Source: an uncultured Acidimicrobiia bacterium (lineage in GTDB: Bacteria; Actinomycetota; Acidimicrobiia; Acidimicrobiales; AC-14). Taken from it: a stretch of DNA of 64,000 nt. Made by a program: the position numbers and the translations under genes. Positions 61,993 to 64,000 of this stretch are shown one piece after another. The first letter of the stretch is position 1, and each line of letters starts with the position of its first letter. The notes beneath the pieces are model-generated. The model saw only the letters and a list, made by a program, of their open reading frames with translations. It made no database searches and was not told where the DNA came from. The stretch is from contig CAWIIV010000015.1 in NCBI GenBank assembly GCA_963836205.1, positions 160,001 to 224,000 of the forward strand, given 5' to 3'.

Positions 61993-64000
61993 TCAACACT
62001 TCCGACGCCGCCTGCCGAACAACAGGGCGCCATTGCCGAGTACCAACAGGAATGCAGCCAGCGACAAGGGGTCGCGGAGGGCGGCGCCGGTACGCGCCAA
62101 CGGTGAGGACGGCGACCGGTCGCCGGCCGCGGCCAGCACGGTGAATGGCGTGCTGGCCGACCGGCCGCTGGCGCCGGTGACGACGAAGGTGTGGGCGCCG
62201 GCGGTGGCGTCGGAGGGTACGCGCACCGTCACCGAGAAGGCCCCCGCGGCATTCGCCCGGAACGTGCCGACCACGACCGGGTCACTGGTGAACGTCGCGG
62301 TCAGCGGGTCGTTGGCGGCGAAGCCGCTGCCCGACAGGACGACGCTCTGACCCGGGCTCCCCTGCGTCGGGTTCGCCTGCACCGCGGGCCCGGACGGCGC
62401 GGCCGTGGTGCTCGTCGCACCCAGCCCGGGAGGCGCGGTCGTCGTAGTCGACGAGCCGTCGGTGGGCGCCGTGGTCGAGGTGGTCGAAATGGTCGAGCTC
62501 GTCGACGACGTGGGCGACGTGGTCGTGGTGGTGGTCGGCGAGGTGGTGGACGACGACGTGGTGGTGTCCTGCATCGTGGTGGTCGTGGTGGTGCTGGAGG
62601 TGGTCGAGGACGACGTGGTCGACGAGGTGGTGGACGACGTGGAACTCGAGCTCGACGACGACGTGCTCGAGGTGGACGACGTGCTCGAGGTGGACGACGA
62701 CGAGCTGGTTGACGACGAGCTGGTGGACGACGAGCTGGTTGACGACGAGCTGGTTGACGACGACGACGTGGTGGACGACGAGGTGGTGGACGTCGAAGCC
62801 GCGGTCACCACCACCGACTCGTTGGCGTCGTTGCAGGCGGTGGACACGGCGGTGTTGTTGACGTCGCCGCTGTAGCCCGCCCGCCACCGGAAGGTGCCGG
62901 CCTCGGTGGTGGTGAACGGGTCGGACGTGTAGTCACCGTTTCCGGTGACGGTCTTGGTGTTGATGAAGGCGACCGGCTGGCTGCACGTGGCGTCGTCGGG
63001 GCCGAAGAGGTTGAACGTGATCGACCCGGTGGGGTTGTTGCCACCGGCCAGGGTGGCGGTGTCGGTGACCTGTCCGCCCACTGCCACCGACGGCGAGGCG
63101 GTGGTGACGATGGTGGGCGTGGCCGGAGTGGTTTCGTCGGTGACGACCACCGACTCGTCGGCGTCGTTGCAGGCGGTGGTGACCGGGTTGTTTCCGGCGT
63201 CGCCGCTGTAGTCGGCCCGCCACCGGAACACGCCCGCCTCGGTGGTGGTGAACGGGTCGGACGTGTAGTCGCCGTTGCCGGTGACGGTGGCGGTGTCGGT
63301 GAACGCCGCCGTCGTCGCGCACGTGGCGTCGTCGGGGCCGTAAAGGCTGAACGTGATGGAGCCGGTGGGGTTGTCGCCGCCCGCCAGGGTGGCGGTGTCG
63401 GTGACCTGTCCACCCACTGCCACCGACGGCGACGCGGTGGTGACGATGGTGGGCGTGACCGGACCGGTGTCGTCGGTGACGACCACCGACTCGTTGGGGT
63501 CGTTGCACGCGGTGGTGACCGGGTTGTTCCCGGCGTCGCCGCTGTAGGCCGCCACCCACCGGAACGTGCCCGCGTCGGTGGTGGTGAAGGGGTCGGACGG
63601 GTAGTCGCCGTTGCCCGCCACCGTGGCCGTGTCGGTGAACACCGCCGTCGTCGTGCACGTGGCGTCGTCGGGGCCGTAGAGGCTGAACGTGATGGAGCCG
63701 GTGGGGTTGTCGCCGCCCGCCAGGGTGGCGGTGTCGGTGACCTGCCCGCCCACGGCCACCGACGGCGAGGCGGTGGTGACGATGGTGGGCGTGACCGGAC
63801 CGGTGTCGTCGGTGACGACCACCGACTCGTTGGGGTCGTTGCACGCGGTGGAGGCCGGGTTGTGGGCGAGGTCGCCGCTGTAGGCCGCCCGCCACCGGAA
63901 GGTGCCGGATTGGGTGGTGGTGAACGGGTCGGACGTGTAGTCGCCGTTGCCCGCCACCGTGGCCGTGTCGGTGAACACCGCCGTCGTCGCGCACGTGGCG
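61993..64000 (-). CDS. Sortase-anchored surface protein with type-A Ig-like repeats and a Ser/Thr stalk (5' part outside window)
   Basis: At least 3.5 repeats of 336 bp (VTDTATLAGGDNPTGSITFSLYGPDD...FRWxAxYSGD), a long Ser/Thr tract, then LARTG, a TM segment and RRRKC. Confidence 0.88.
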   Translation of the reverse strand, partial: ATCATTAVFTDTATVAGNGDYTSDPFTTTQSGTFRWRAAYSGDLAHNPASTACNDPNESVVVTDDTGPVTPTIVTTASPSVAVGGQVTDTATLAGGDNPTGSITFSLYGPDDATCTTTAVFTDTATVAGNGDYPSDPFTTTDAGTFRWVAAYSGDAGNNPVTTACNDPNESVVVTDDTGPVTPTIVTTASPSVAVGGQVTDTATLAGGDNPTGSITFSLYGPDDATCATTAAFTDTATVTGNGDYTSDPFTTTEAGVFRWRADYSGDAGNNPVTTACNDADESVVVTDETTPATPTIVTTASPSVAVGGQVTDTATLAGGNNPTGSITFNLFGPDDATCSQPVAFINTKTVTGNGDYTSDPFTTTEAGTFRWRAGYSGDVNNTAVSTACNDANESVVVTAASTSTTSSSTTSSSSTSSSSTSSSSTSSSSTSSSSSTSSTSSTSSTSSSSSSSTSSTTSSTTSSSTTSSTTTTTTMQDTTTSSSTTSPTTTTTTSPTSSTSSTISTTSTTAPTDGSSTTTTAPPGLGATSTTAAPSGPAVQANPTQGSPGQSVVLSGSGFAANDPLTATFTSDPVVVGTFRANAAGAFSVTVRVPSDATAGAHTFVVTGASGRSASTPFTVLAAAGDRSPSSPLARTGAALRDPLSLAAFLLVLGNGALLFGRRRRKC

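Noticed and set aside
62405-62875. Val/Asp/Glu-rich plus-strand ORF
   Set aside because: Reverse-complement reading of the Ser/Thr stalk of the minus-strand surface protein.

Overview
Very GC-rich actinobacterial DNA; gene content and order suggest Acidimicrobiia (inference). The backbone is mostly minus-strand housekeeping: pyrG-nudF, ald-xerD-dksA/traR, a gluABCD-type ABC transporter, trpS, and scpA-scpB-rluB-aroH-tyrA-aroA-cmk-plsC followed by an ECF sigma factor. Accessory blocks are: (i) a vapBC pair; (ii) a 5.7 kb insert between nudF and ald with a secreted double-repeat beta-propeller gene, scrambled pseudogene copies of it and an intact IS256/IS1081-like element; (iii) a coupled PknG-type operon (helical protein, PknG-like kinase, PP2C, vWA, FHA, GlnX-like transducer) where a PotD-like amine-binding protein and a PLP decarboxylase take the place of GlnH; (iv) a P-loop ATPase plus a near-identical-TPR-repeat partner; (v) a visibly lower-GC three-gene island (GAF histidine kinase, receiver protein with an unknown output domain, ComEC-like MBL hydrolase); (vi) two large sortase-type Ig-repeat surface proteins. 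Several single-base frameshifts, one in cmk, look like sequencing or assembly errors. No rRNA, tRNA or CRISPR array was seen. All calls come from motif reading by eye; no searches were run.
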